A DNA stretch of 64,000 bases from the NCBI GenBank assembly GCA_963707215.1, contig CAVPPB010000002.1:160001-224000 (forward strand), read 5' to 3'. This document shows, one piece after another, positions 8,787 to 18,194 of this stretch. The stretch's first letter is position 1. Each line of letters starts with the position of its first letter. Source of the DNA: an uncultured Chloroflexia bacterium (lineage in GTDB: Bacteria; Chloroflexota; Limnocylindria; Limnocylindrales; CSP1-4). Made by a program: the position numbers and the translations under genes. The notes beneath the pieces are model-generated. The model was not told the DNA's origin. It worked only from the letters and a program-made list of their open reading frames with translations, and searched no databases.

Positions 8787-9502
8787 AGGTCGGCCACCCC
8801 GATGACCCCGCGCCGCAGCGAGTACTTGAGGAGCTCGACCCGGTCGTGGAAGCCGAGCTTTTCCATGCCGCTCGCGCGCAGATGATGGATCGTCCGCTCC
8901 GAGCGCTCCAGCCGGCCTGCGATCTCGCGGTTGGTGTGGCCGACGGCGGCGAGGAGGAGGACCTCCTTCTCGCGCTCGGTCAGGGTGTCGTAGGCGTCCT
9001 CGATCGGGGCGCCCGGGGTCCGCAGGACGTAGGTGTTGACCATCCGGGTCACGATCGCCGGGGACACGTAGGTCTCGCCCCGGGCGACGCAGCGGAGGGC
9101 AGCGACGATGTCGGCGGCCTGGGCCTCGCGGGTCAGGTAGCCGTCGGCCCCGGCCTTGAGGGCGAGGCTGAACTGCTCGCTCCCGCAGCGGCACTCGAGG
9201 GCGATGATCCGGACGGCCGGCTTGAGCGAGCGGATCGTCTCGATCGACTCGAAGCTCGCGCAGCCGGCGGCGGTGATCGGCTGGCACTCGGTGATGACGA
9301 CATCGGTCGCGATCGTCTCGATCGCCGCCCGCAGGCCCTCGCGCTCGACGACCTCGCCGACGACCGCCATCCCGGGCTCGGCGTCGATGACGCTGCGCAG
9401 CCCGGTCGTGAGCATCGGGAAGTCGAAGACCGCCAGGAGCACCCGGAGCCGATCGCCGACGGGCGCGGACCCGTTCGTCGCCTTCTCGTTCATCACGGTC
9501 AC
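8783..9502 (-). CDS. NarL/LuxR-family response regulator with atypical receiver (copy 2)
   Basis: Same REC domain as copy 1; different C-terminal HTH (REIAGRLERSERTIHHLRASG). Confidence 0.9.
   Translation of the reverse strand: MTVMNEKATNGSAPVGDRLRVLLAVFDFPMLTTGLRSVIDAEPGMAVVGEVVEREGLRAAIETIATDVVITECQPITAAGCASFESIETIRSLKPAVRIIALECRCGSEQFSLALKAGADGYLTREAQAADIVAALRCVARGETYVSPAIVTRMVNTYVLRTPGAPIEDAYDTLTEREKEVLLLAAVGHTNREIAGRLERSERTIHHLRASGMEKLGFHDRVELLKYSLRRGVIGVADL
8919..9476. repeat. ~558-bp direct repeat, copy 2
   Basis: Identical to 4428-4985. Confidence 0.9.
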
Positions 9503-9524
9503 CAGCGGATCCAGGACGCGACGA

Positions 9525-9842
9525 TCAGGCGTGGACGGACGGCCGATGCGCCCAGCCGCGGATCACCACGGCCCAGGCGACCGGGATCGCGACCAGGGCG
9601 ACCAGGCTCGCCACGAAGGCGATGGCAGCGGCCGGCTCACCGAGCGTGAACAGGACCGCGTGGACCGCCACGAACAGGATCGTGAAGGCCGCGCCCGTGG
9701 TCACGGCGGAGAGCACGAACCAGGTCACGACGAGCGTGCTCGTTCGGTGGCTGCGGCTGACCTGCGGCCCGAAGACGAGCACGGCTCCGAGCATCAGCAG
9801 GGCTGACACGATGAGTGCCAGCTGCACCATGGTGGTGTCCAT
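9525..9842 (-). CDS. Small 3-TM hypothetical membrane protein, first gene of the redox operon
   Basis: 105 aa with three hydrophobic stretches; AGGGGA upstream; co-oriented with the operon. Confidence 0.65.
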   Translation of the reverse strand: MDTTMVQLALIVSALLMLGAVLVFGPQVSRSHRTSTLVVTWFVLSAVTTGAAFTILFVAVHAVLFTLGEPAAAIAFVASLVALVAIPVAWAVVIRGWAHRPSVHA

Positions 9843-9983
9843 CGTCGTCCCCTGTTCCCATTGCGTTCATCCCCGGGCCGGCTGGTCCGGGTCTCGGGTC
9901 GAGGCTAGGCGTCCGGGATGGGCGGATGAACGGCATGGCCGGGCGGGGTGGCTGGCACGGAGAGCCTGAAGTGGTACGACGGT

Positions 9984-10060
9984 CGTCGGAAACGCAGCCA
10001 CACCGCAGGTAGGCGACGACGACGGCCGTCGGAATGGACCCCCACGCGCGTCGGAATGGA
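9984..10060. promoter_or_regulatory. Phased direct repeats CGTCGGAA(TGGA), putative regulator binding sites
   Basis: CGTCGGAATGGA at 10027 and 10049 (22 bp apart) and CGTCGGAAA at 9984 (43 bp apart), upstream of the redox operon. Confidence 0.45.
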
Positions 10061-10216
10061 GTAGGCCGTCCGTGCCCTCCGGTACCGCGGGCCGCCCAAT
10101 GGGGCCGCTCGTGTCGAGTCGATGGGTCGGGAGGCCCACGCTTGACGTGGGCCGTTCATGGCGCCGGCGAGGCCGGCCGTGTCCTTCGACTCCTACGATC
10201 GCGGGGGGAGGGGCCG

Positions 10217-10369
10217 ATGGAGCGCTACATCCGCAGCTTCGCTGCGCCGAACGAGGTCATCGCGCTCGAGACGACCGGCTTGGCCGGCGACATCGGGACC
10301 GGGCTCGAGGATCGTGGGGAGCACGAGCTCCGGGGGATAGGGGACCGCCGCCTCTTCGCCATCCGGTAG
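10217..10369 (+). pseudogene. Internally deleted remnant of a cupin-adenylate cyclase gene
   Basis: MERYIRSFAAPNEV resembles the N-terminus, and LEDRGEHELRGIGDRRLFAI the C-terminus, of the 40524-41390 protein; GGAGG upstream. Confidence 0.65.
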
Positions 10370-10402
10370 CCCGGCTCGGCGGCTCCTCCGGCCCCGCCAC
10401 GG

Positions 10403-10960
10403 TCAGCCCGTAGGCCCGGCCCGCCGTCGCGCCCGCTCGCGATCCTCGACCACGAGGATCGTCGTCATCTCGACGACGCGGCTCAACGTGCAGTGCACGT
10501 AGCAGAGTCGTTCGGCGCGCTCCACCAGGCCCTGGGCCAGCTCGTCCGACAGCTCGCCGCGGGCGTGGATCTCGCAGGTGATCCGCTGGAAACCCCCGCC
10601 CGACTCGCGCCGGAACTCGCCCCTGGCCGTCGCTCCGGTGAAGTCCATGGCGTAGCGCTCGGCAGCCGCGATCCGGACGAACTGGTTGAGCAGGCAGGCC
10701 GCCGTCCCGGTGAGGAAGTGCGAGAGCGGGCTGGAGCCGATTCCACTGCCACCGCGCTCCACGGGTTCGCCGATCCGCATCAGGCCTGCCGGCTCGTGGG
10801 GGTTCCGGGCCTCGTACGCAAGGCCTCCGACGACCTCGATCTCGATCCGCTCGATACCTCGCATGCCGATCGGGTCGGCGGTCTCCTCGCGCGTTCGAAG
10901 TCCCGCCCGGATCCGCTCGACCTGTGCCTGCGTCAGGGCTCGTTTGGCATGCTCGCTCAT
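10403..10960 (-). CDS. OsmC-family protein
   Basis: GEPVERGGSGIGSSP...AAC and AERLCYVHCTL (two conserved Cys). Confidence 0.8.
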   Translation of the reverse strand: MSEHAKRALTQAQVERIRAGLRTREETADPIGMRGIERIEIEVVGGLAYEARNPHEPAGLMRIGEPVERGGSGIGSSPLSHFLTGTAACLLNQFVRIAAAERYAMDFTGATARGEFRRESGGGFQRITCEIHARGELSDELAQGLVERAERLCYVHCTLSRVVEMTTILVVEDRERARRRAGPTG

Positions 10961-11118
10961 CGGCTCGATTCTAGGTGCCCGGCGACACGACGTCCGAGCA
11001 TGCGGCGGGTCCGCCGGATCGGTGACCGATGGCCGGTCCCGGGGCGTCGGAAGCGCCCTTGGCAGGCCGGTGCACTGCCCCGATGGTGATCGGGCCACAC
11101 CGCCGGGTGGAGGGGACC

Positions 11119-12435
11119 ATGGCGCACGCGACGACCCAGGGTGCCTACCGGAGGCTGGCCGACCGCCTGGACCGCTTCCCGCAGGGCGCGCCGGCTTCGG
11201 ACCTCCTCTTCCGGATCCTCGCGCTTCTCTTCAGCGAGCGGGAGGCGGAACTCGTCGCCCGGATCCCGATCCGACCCTTCGACGCTCGTCAGGCCGCACG
11301 GATATGGGGGATCGGCCGAGCCGAGGCGCAGCGGATCCTCGACGGCCTGGCCTCGAGGGCGATCCTCCTCGACATGGAGACGCCACGCGGGACCGTCTAC
11401 ATCCTGCCCCCGCCGATGGCCGGCTTCTTCGAGTTCTCGATGATGCGGGTCCGCGACGACGTCGACCAGCAGCTGCTCAGCGAGCTCTTCTACCAGTACA
11501 TCACCGTCGAGGACGACTTCATCCTGGCCCTCTTCACGAACGGCGAGACGCAGCTGGGCCGGGTCTTCGTCAACGAGCCGGCCCTCGAGGCGAGTCGCTC
11601 GGTGGATGCCGGTGCCTCATCGGCCGACGGCAGCGCGCTCCGCGTCCTCGACTACGAGCGGGCGAGCGAGGTCGTCCGGACGGCCGAGCACATGGGCGTG
11701 GGTCTCTGCTACTGCCGTCGGAAGGTCGAGGCCATCGACCGAGCCTGCCCCGCGCCGATGGCGATCTGCATGACCTTCGGCGGCACCGCCGACTCGCTCA
11801 TCCGCCATGGCTATGCTCGCCGGGTGGACCGGGTGGAGGGGATGGACCTCCTCCAGCAGGCCTATGACAGCCACCTCGTCCAGTTCGGCGAGAACGTCCA
11901 GCAGCAGCCCGCCTTCATCTGCAACTGCTGCGGCTGCTGCTGCGAGGCGATGATCGCGGCCCGTCGCTTCGGGCTCCTGCAGCCGGTCCTGACGACGAAC
12001 TTCGAGCCGCGGGTGGATGCCGAGGCCTGCAACGGCTGTGGCAAGTGCGCCGACGCCTGTCCGGTGGAGGCGATGACGCTCGTCTCGGCCAATGATCCTC
12101 GGCGGCCTCGCAAACGCAGGGCGGTCCTCGACGCGCGGCGCTGCCTGGGCTGCGGCGTCTGCACCCGCGTCTGCCCGACCGACGGCATCCGGCTCGCAGC
12201 CCGCGCCGAGCGTGTCATGACGCCGGTCGACACGCTCCACCGGACCGTCCTCATGGCGATCGAGCGAGGCAAGCTCCAGGACTGCATCTTCGACAACCGG
12301 GCCCTCTGGAGCCATCGGGCGATGGCAGCCGTCCTCGGCGTCATCCTCCGGCTGCCGCCGACGAAGCAGGTCCTCGCGACGGAGCAGTTCCGGTCGCGCT
12401 ACCTGGTCAGGATCCTCGAGCACGTGCAGCCCTGA
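11119..12435 (+). CDS. Multi-cluster Fe-S protein (4Fe-4S dicluster domain)
   Basis: CYCR, CNCCGCCC, CNGCGKCADACP, CLGCGVCTRVCP; GGAGG RBS. Confidence 0.88.
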   Translation: MAHATTQGAYRRLADRLDRFPQGAPASDLLFRILALLFSEREAELVARIPIRPFDARQAARIWGIGRAEAQRILDGLASRAILLDMETPRGTVYILPPPMAGFFEFSMMRVRDDVDQQLLSELFYQYITVEDDFILALFTNGETQLGRVFVNEPALEASRSVDAGASSADGSALRVLDYERASEVVRTAEHMGVGLCYCRRKVEAIDRACPAPMAICMTFGGTADSLIRHGYARRVDRVEGMDLLQQAYDSHLVQFGENVQQQPAFICNCCGCCCEAMIAARRFGLLQPVLTTNFEPRVDAEACNGCGKCADACPVEAMTLVSANDPRRPRKRRAVLDARRCLGCGVCTRVCPTDGIRLAARAERVMTPVDTLHRTVLMAIERGKLQDCIFDNRALWSHRAMAAVLGVILRLPPTKQVLATEQFRSRYLVRILEHVQP

Positions 12436-12513
12436 CGGGCAGGCACGCGGGTCCTTGACGCCGCTACGACGATTCGATGTGGGGCGGCAGACGCCGCCCG
12501 AGGAGGGTGTTCC

Positions 12514-12894
12514 ATGAACGGATATCTGATCTCGACCACGGACCGACCGGGCCTGGCCGCTCAGCTCCTCGAAGCCGCCGCCGCCCGGGGCGTCAATGTC
12601 TCCCCGGCGTATGGGCTCAGCGATGGGGCGACCGGGATCCTCTGCGTGGGCTCGGACGACGAGGCCGGGCTCCAGGCGGCCATCGCCGATGCCGGCCTGT
12701 CTGCCGTGGCGCTCGAGATGGTCGTCACCGAGCTCGAGAACCGACCCGGGACCGGTGCCGCGCTGTTCCGCAGGCTCGCCGATGCGGGCGTCGACCTGCG
12801 AGTGGCGGTCCCGATCGGCATGAGCGGCGACAAGATGCAGATCGCCCTCGCCGCCAGCGACCCGGCGGCGCTGCGGAGTGCGCTCGGCGGTTGA
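12514..12894 (+). CDS. Tandem ACT-domain protein
   Basis: DRPGLAAQL and ENRPGTGAALFRRLADAGVDL; GAGGAGG RBS. Confidence 0.75.
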   Translation: MNGYLISTTDRPGLAAQLLEAAAARGVNVSPAYGLSDGATGILCVGSDDEAGLQAAIADAGLSAVALEMVVTELENRPGTGAALFRRLADAGVDLRVAVPIGMSGDKMQIALAASDPAALRSALGG

Positions 12895-12935
12895 CGCCGC
12901 CCGAAGACGGCGTGTCCCGGGCACGTGCGGCGGGG

Positions 12936-13088
12936 ATGACCCGGTCGGCGATCCCGCGGGCGCTGGCGCTCGTCGGCGGCATCGGTCCGATCGCCTACAT
13001 CGGTCTGGTCACCGTCCTCGGGCTGCTCTGGTCGGGGTACGACCCGATCCACCAGACGCAGAGCGAGCTCATCGGCGACCGACCATAG
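12936..13088 (+). pseudogene. Truncated DUF998-like membrane protein fragment
   Basis: TM followed by GYDPIHQTQSEL (DUF998 N-terminal motif), then a stop after about 50 codons. Confidence 0.55.
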
Positions 13089-13097
13089 GAGGAACGC

Positions 13098-14021
13098 ATG
13101 CGGATCGGGCTGTACATCCGCCTCTACGGACGACCCGGCGGGGCGACGCCCGCACCGACCTGGGCGGACATCCGTGAACAGGCGCTTGCCGCGGAGGCGG
13201 CCGGCTTCGACATCGTCGTCCTCGAGGACGCCCTCTGGATGCCGGATGACGCCGGAAGCGTCGGCCTCTGGGAGAGCGTATCCGTCGCGGCGGCCCTGGC
13301 GGCCGCGACATCGACGATCGGGATCGGACACGCGGTCATCAACAGCCCGTACCGGAACCCGGCCCTGGTGGCCAAGACCGCCGAGACGCTCGACGAGATC
13401 TCCGGTGGTCGCTACACGCTCGGCATCGGCCTGGGCAACACCCCCGACGACTACGGCCCGTTCGGGTTCGCCGACGACCGCCGCTACTCGCGGTTCGCCG
13501 AGGCCATCCGGATCATCCACGGCCTCCTGCGCGACGGCCGGGTCGACTTCGAGGGCGAGTTCTACCGGGCGCCCGGCGCCGAGCTGGTGCTCCGCGGGCC
13601 CCGCCCGGCCGGTCCGCCGATCGCCATCGCCGGGGCGAAGCCGAAGATGCTGCGCCTCGCGGCCCGGTACGGGGACGAGTGGAACTGGTGGACCGGCGAA
13701 CCGGGCGATCCTGGCACGTTGCGGCCGATCGTGGACGAGCTGGGTCGGGCCTGCCAGGAGGTCGGCCGTGACCCGGCGACCCTGCGGCGTTCGATCGACG
13801 TGTTCTCGGTGGCCGCGCCGCCCGAGGGGGCCGACACGTCCGACCTGGCCGCCGAGGGCGTCCTCGGCGGTCCACCCGGGGCGGTCGCCGAGGGCCTCCT
13901 CGCCTACCGCGACCTGGGCTTCGAGGAGGTCCGCTGCAACCTCGCATTCGCAGCTGGTGCCCGGAAGCCGGAGGCCATCGCCGCCATGACCGACGTCGTC
14001 GGCCTGGTCCAGGCCGGCTAG
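13098..14021 (+). CDS. LLM-class flavin/F420-dependent oxidoreductase
   Basis: AEAAGFD, RNPALVAKTAETLDEISGGR...LGIGLG, MLRLAARYGDEWN. Confidence 0.9.
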   Translation: MRIGLYIRLYGRPGGATPAPTWADIREQALAAEAAGFDIVVLEDALWMPDDAGSVGLWESVSVAAALAAATSTIGIGHAVINSPYRNPALVAKTAETLDEISGGRYTLGIGLGNTPDDYGPFGFADDRRYSRFAEAIRIIHGLLRDGRVDFEGEFYRAPGAELVLRGPRPAGPPIAIAGAKPKMLRLAARYGDEWNWWTGEPGDPGTLRPIVDELGRACQEVGRDPATLRRSIDVFSVAAPPEGADTSDLAAEGVLGGPPGAVAEGLLAYRDLGFEEVRCNLAFAAGARKPEAIAAMTDVVGLVQAG

Positions 14022-14046
14022 CCGATCCCTCGCCTCCGAGCCCTCC

Positions 14047-15255
14047 CTAGACCGGGGCGCACTCGGCGACGCAATCCTCCGGGCCCACGACGGCCGGCTC
14101 GGCAGCCGGCACGGGCCGCTGCCGTGGCAGCAGGACGAAGGCGGCGACGAAGGCGAGCACGGCGATGATCGCCGTGTAGGTCCCCAGGATCCTGAAGTCG
14201 CCGGCGGCCAGGATCGCCCCCGCGATGGTCGGCGAGATGACCGCCGCCAGGTTCAGGGCGCTGCTGTTGAAGGCCAGGATCGTCCCCCGGGCCCGCGGGT
14301 TGAGCCCGGCCGCGATCGACTGCTGGGCCGGCAGCCCGAACCAGGTCCCGAAGACCCAGACCCCGAAGACCAGGAGCGAGAGGGCGAGGAACGGCGGGGT
14401 CGACGGCAGGATGAAGACCGCCGTCCCGAAGCAGGCGATGGCGATGAGGACCACCTGGCGGGCGCCGAGCCGGGCCGTCAGGCGACCGCTCGTTCGGGCC
14501 GAGATCACGCCGATGGCCCCCAGGACCATGAACACGAAGCCGACCTGGGCCGTGTCCAGCCCGTACGACGACTGGAAGAACTCCCCGACGAAGACGAACA
14601 TCCCGAAGGGGCCCAGGAACCAGACGAAGGTGACCACGAGGACCGACAGGACCGCTCGGTCCCCGATCGCGAGGCGCAGGCCCTCCGTGTAGCCGACGAC
14701 CGCGGAGCCCTTCGGGCGGTCCGCCGGCAGGCGCCAGATCAGGATCAGCGCGACGGCCGAGAGCACGGCTACCGCCAGGAACGTCGCCCGCCAGCTGACG
14801 AGCCCGGCCAGGAAGGCGCCGAGCGGCAGGCCGAGCAGGGCGGCCAGCGGGAAGCCCATGGCCAGGTTCCCCATCGCCCGCGAGCGCTGGGTCGCCGTCG
14901 GCAGGTCGCCCGCGTAGGCGAAGGCCGCCGGCATGACGACCGCCGCGCCGAGCCCGTTGAGGACCCGCATCAGGGCGAGGATCAGGAGGTTCGGGGCGAT
15001 CGCACTGCCCGCGACCGTCACCGCGAAGAAGCCCATCCCGCCGAGCAGCGCCAGGCGACGCCCCAGCCGATCCGACAGCGGCCCGAAGACCGGCGCCAGG
15101 AGCGCGTTCGGCAGGGCGTACGCGCTGACGAGCAGGCCAAGCGCGGCGACCTGCTCGTCGAGCTCCGTCGCGATCGTCGGGATCAGGGCGGCCACGACGT
15201 ACATGTCGATGCCCAGGCAGAACACGGCCAGGAGCAGGGGGATGGTGGACGACAT
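14047..15255 (-). CDS. MFS transporter
   Basis: GPLSDRLGRR motif A; about 12 TM; start MSSTIPLL after GGAGG. Confidence 0.88.
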   Translation of the reverse strand: MSSTIPLLLAVFCLGIDMYVVAALIPTIATELDEQVAALGLLVSAYALPNALLAPVFGPLSDRLGRRLALLGGMGFFAVTVAGSAIAPNLLILALMRVLNGLGAAVVMPAAFAYAGDLPTATQRSRAMGNLAMGFPLAALLGLPLGAFLAGLVSWRATFLAVAVLSAVALILIWRLPADRPKGSAVVGYTEGLRLAIGDRAVLSVLVVTFVWFLGPFGMFVFVGEFFQSSYGLDTAQVGFVFMVLGAIGVISARTSGRLTARLGARQVVLIAIACFGTAVFILPSTPPFLALSLLVFGVWVFGTWFGLPAQQSIAAGLNPRARGTILAFNSSALNLAAVISPTIAGAILAAGDFRILGTYTAIIAVLAFVAAFVLLPRQRPVPAAEPAVVGPEDCVAECAPV

Positions 15256-15393
15256 CGCCTTCCTCCGCGGGCGGCAGCCCTCGGGTGGGCGAAGGCCGCG
15301 CCGTTCGGAGCGCCGCAGCCAGGGCGAGCTGCCTTTGGCCGATCGTAGGACCGCCGTCAACCGGGCCCCGGTCCGGTCGGAGGAGCCCCTCGG

Positions 15394-17016
15394 TCAGCGA
15401 CCCAGCGGCACCCCGGCCATCCGCTCGGCGATGGCGTCCCGGCGTACCTTCCGGGTGTGGGTCCGGGGATAGTCGGGCTCCGGGAAGGGCGCCCGGCCCA
15501 CGATCCGCTGGTGATCGGCCAGCCGGCGGTTCGCGGCCCGTACCGCCGTCGCCAGGCCGGCGGCCTCGTCCGCGGGCGGGACGCTGAAGGCCGCTCCCTC
15601 CCGGTAGGTCATCGCGATCCGGCCCGAGGCCTCGAAGACGACGGGCTCCACGAGCCCCTCGGCCACCAGGGCCGCCTCGACATCCTCGGGGTGGACGTTC
15701 ATGCCGTTGGGGAGCGCGATCAGCGAGCGCGCCCTCCCGATGAGGCGAAGGGCACCGGACGCATCGAGCTCGCCGATGTCGCCGGTCCGGTACCAGCCAT
15801 CGGCCGTGAAGGCAGCTGCCGTCGCGACGGGGTCGTGCCAATAGCCCGTGAAGACCGAAGGGCCCCGGACGACGACCTCGCCATCCGGTTCGATCCGCAT
15901 CTCGAGGGGCGGCAGGGTCCAGCCGACCCGGTCCACCGGAGTCCGGCCGCGGAAGTTCGTGGTCACCAGGCCGGCCTCGGTGGAGCCGTACCCCTGGACA
16001 ACCTCGACCCCGAGCGCCTCCCAGCTGCGCTGGAGGGTGGGTGACAGGTGGGCGGCCGAGCAGAGCACCAGTCGCAGCTCGCCCCCCAGCGCCTCGTGCA
16101 CCTTGGCGAACAACCGCCGTCGCGCGGCCACCGGCAGGTACGGGGCGATCCGCAAGGCCCGCTGGAACGTGGCGCCGCTGCCGGCTCGCTCGGCCTCCCG
16201 GCGGATCGCCCCGAACAGGAGCTCGAGGACCTGGGGGACGACGACGAGGGCGGTCGCCCGGTGGCCCTTGATGGCGGCCGCGATGACGTCGGGTCGAAGC
16301 GTCGTGATGTACTCGGTCTCGGCGCCGGACGCCACCGCGTACACCAGCCCGGCGACCTGTTCCATGATGTGGGAGAGCGGCAGGATCGAGACGAACCGAT
16401 GGCCGCTCGGCGGGATGGTCACCAGGCAGCGCTCGGTCGACGCGATGAGCATCGCCTGGGTGACCGTGACCCCCTTGGGATCGCCCGTCGAGCCCGACGT
16501 GCAGAGGATCTCGATCGGTTCGTCGGGGCCGGCCGGCTGGCGGGACGCCAGGGCCCGGACCGCCTCGGGACCGGCGGGCTCGACGATCGCGTCGAGGTCG
16601 AGGACCGGCAGGTTCGCGAGCTTGGGACTGGTGACCGGCTCCAGCGTCGCCCCGGTTCCCAGCAGGATCGCCGAGGGTTCCGTCAGCGCCGCGATCCGCT
16701 CGACCGTGTCGGGCGTCATCCGCGCGTCGAGGGGGACGAGGACGACGTTCGCTCGAGCCGCGGCGAACAGCGCGGCCGCGAACCCTGGGCCAGGTGCCCC
16801 CTGCACCAGCACTCGTTCGCCGGGTCGAAGGGCCGCGGCCAGGCGGGCGGCGGCATGCTCCACGGCGACGCCGAAGGCGTCGAGGGACAGCGACTGCTCG
16901 CGGGCAGCGGAGCTGCGGACCCCGAGGAACGGCGCCGTGCCGCCGGTGGCGACGGCGCCCTCGAGGAGCTGCGGCAGCGTCGGTGGGAGCGCCCGCACGG
17001 CGGTGGGATCGGGCAT
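15394..17016 (-). CDS. AMP-binding long-chain acyl-CoA synthetase-like enzyme
   Basis: TSGSTGDPKG, QGYGSTE, YRTGD, NVHPEDVE; AAGGAGG before MPDPTAV. Confidence 0.88.
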   Translation of the reverse strand: MPDPTAVRALPPTLPQLLEGAVATGGTAPFLGVRSSAAREQSLSLDAFGVAVEHAAARLAAALRPGERVLVQGAPGPGFAAALFAAARANVVLVPLDARMTPDTVERIAALTEPSAILLGTGATLEPVTSPKLANLPVLDLDAIVEPAGPEAVRALASRQPAGPDEPIEILCTSGSTGDPKGVTVTQAMLIASTERCLVTIPPSGHRFVSILPLSHIMEQVAGLVYAVASGAETEYITTLRPDVIAAAIKGHRATALVVVPQVLELLFGAIRREAERAGSGATFQRALRIAPYLPVAARRRLFAKVHEALGGELRLVLCSAAHLSPTLQRSWEALGVEVVQGYGSTEAGLVTTNFRGRTPVDRVGWTLPPLEMRIEPDGEVVVRGPSVFTGYWHDPVATAAAFTADGWYRTGDIGELDASGALRLIGRARSLIALPNGMNVHPEDVEAALVAEGLVEPVVFEASGRIAMTYREGAAFSVPPADEAAGLATAVRAANRRLADHQRIVGRAPFPEPDYPRTHTRKVRRDAIAERMAGVPLGR

Positions 17017-17271
17017 CGGCGGGGGCCTCCTTGGTCGACCGCCGGGGCATCCTGGCGGGCGTGCGTCCCGGACGGGTCGGTCGTGCCGGGGACGGCGAGG
17101 ATACCCCGGGGGCCCGGCGGGCGCTCGGGACGGCCTGGGCTCGCGCGGATCCGCGATCGCGCATACCATCCCCCGGACGCCCGGGAGACCCCGGGCCACC
17201 AGGATCGAGGGACGATGACGCTACCGCTACCCGATCGGGACGGCGCCGACCGGCGCCGCGTGTCCTAGCCC

Positions 17272-17712
17272 GTGCGCCGCCGCAAGGTCACCTACCCGCC
17301 GCCCAAGACCGCCACCAGGAAGGCGCCGTCGCCTCTCGGGGCCGCCGATCCCCGGACATCGGCGAACCGAACGGTGGTCTCCATCAACACCGAGGCCATG
17401 CTCGGTCGGGCCGAGATCGGTCTCGGAGACCGGGTCCGGATCCTGAGCGGCCTCTACGAGGGCGAGCTCGCCACGGTCGAGACGGTCGCCAGCGGGGTGA
17501 TCCCCGCGGCGATGGTCCGCACGGACGCCGGGCGGACCAGGCGTGCCAGGACCATCGACCTCGAGCCGCTGCCGCCGGGTTCCGAGGCCCCGCGCGCGCC
17601 CGACGCCCCGGTCGAGGCGGATGCGGCGCCCGCCCCGGTCACCGAGCCGCCCGCCCCGGTCGAGGCGGATGCGGCGCCCGCGCCGGTCTCGAAGGGCGCT
17701 GCCACCTCCTAG
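17272..17712 (+). CDS. Small KOW-motif-like hypothetical protein with a Pro/Ala-rich tail
   Basis: GDRVRILSGLYEGELATVE resembles a KOW motif; basic N-terminus. Confidence 0.6.
   Translation: MRRRKVTYPPPKTATRKAPSPLGAADPRTSANRTVVSINTEAMLGRAEIGLGDRVRILSGLYEGELATVETVASGVIPAAMVRTDAGRTRRARTIDLEPLPPGSEAPRAPDAPVEADAAPAPVTEPPAPVEADAAPAPVSKGAATS
17604..17688. repeat. Short intragenic repeat (48-bp period, APVEADAAPAPV x2)
   Basis: CGCCCCGGTCGAGGCGGATGCGGCGCCCGC at 17604 and 17652. Confidence 0.8.
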
Positions 17713-17914
17713 CGGCCCGCGGACGCTCGCATCCGTTCCGTTTGTCGGGAAGCCGCTGGGCACCTACACTCGGCGGACCCCGGCTCACTCGTCGACGGCA
17801 CCCTCGTGCTGCGAGATGCCCTGGGGCGGGGGTTCCCTTGATGACGATGGATGGCGTTCCGGGCTGCGCGGCGGTCGCCGCGACGCGTGGCCTCGGCAAG
17901 CGAGCGGGCAGGGC

Positions 17915-18169
17915 ATGAGCCTCGGATGGGCCGTCGCGCTCCTGGGTTGGATGTCGGCCCGCGGCGGGCACCCGACACACCTCCCCGACACGGGAGGGCT
18001 GCCCGCCATCAGAGACGGAGCCTGGGCGGCCTGGGCACAGGCATACCCGGCCGCCGATCACGACCACACGGATACCGGCTACGCCTGCCGGATGCCGGAC
18101 GGCCGAATGGGTCGGGTCCACGCGGTGCTGGCGGATGGCGAATGGACTCTCGTCTGCGCGGTCGCCTGA
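17915..18169 (+). CDS. Small hypothetical protein (start uncertain)
   Basis: C-terminal GYACRMPDGRMGRVHAVLADGEWTLVCAVA looks coding; fills the intergenic gap. Confidence 0.35.
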   Translation: MSLGWAVALLGWMSARGGHPTHLPDTGGLPAIRDGAWAAWAQAYPAADHDHTDTGYACRMPDGRMGRVHAVLADGEWTLVCAVA

Positions 18170-18194
18170 GCCCGAGGGCCTCGCGGGTCCTCCG

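Noticed and set aside
4428-9476. Direct repeats as IS ends of a composite transposon
   Set aside because: The repeats encode regulator sequence; no transposase or terminal inverted repeats were seen.
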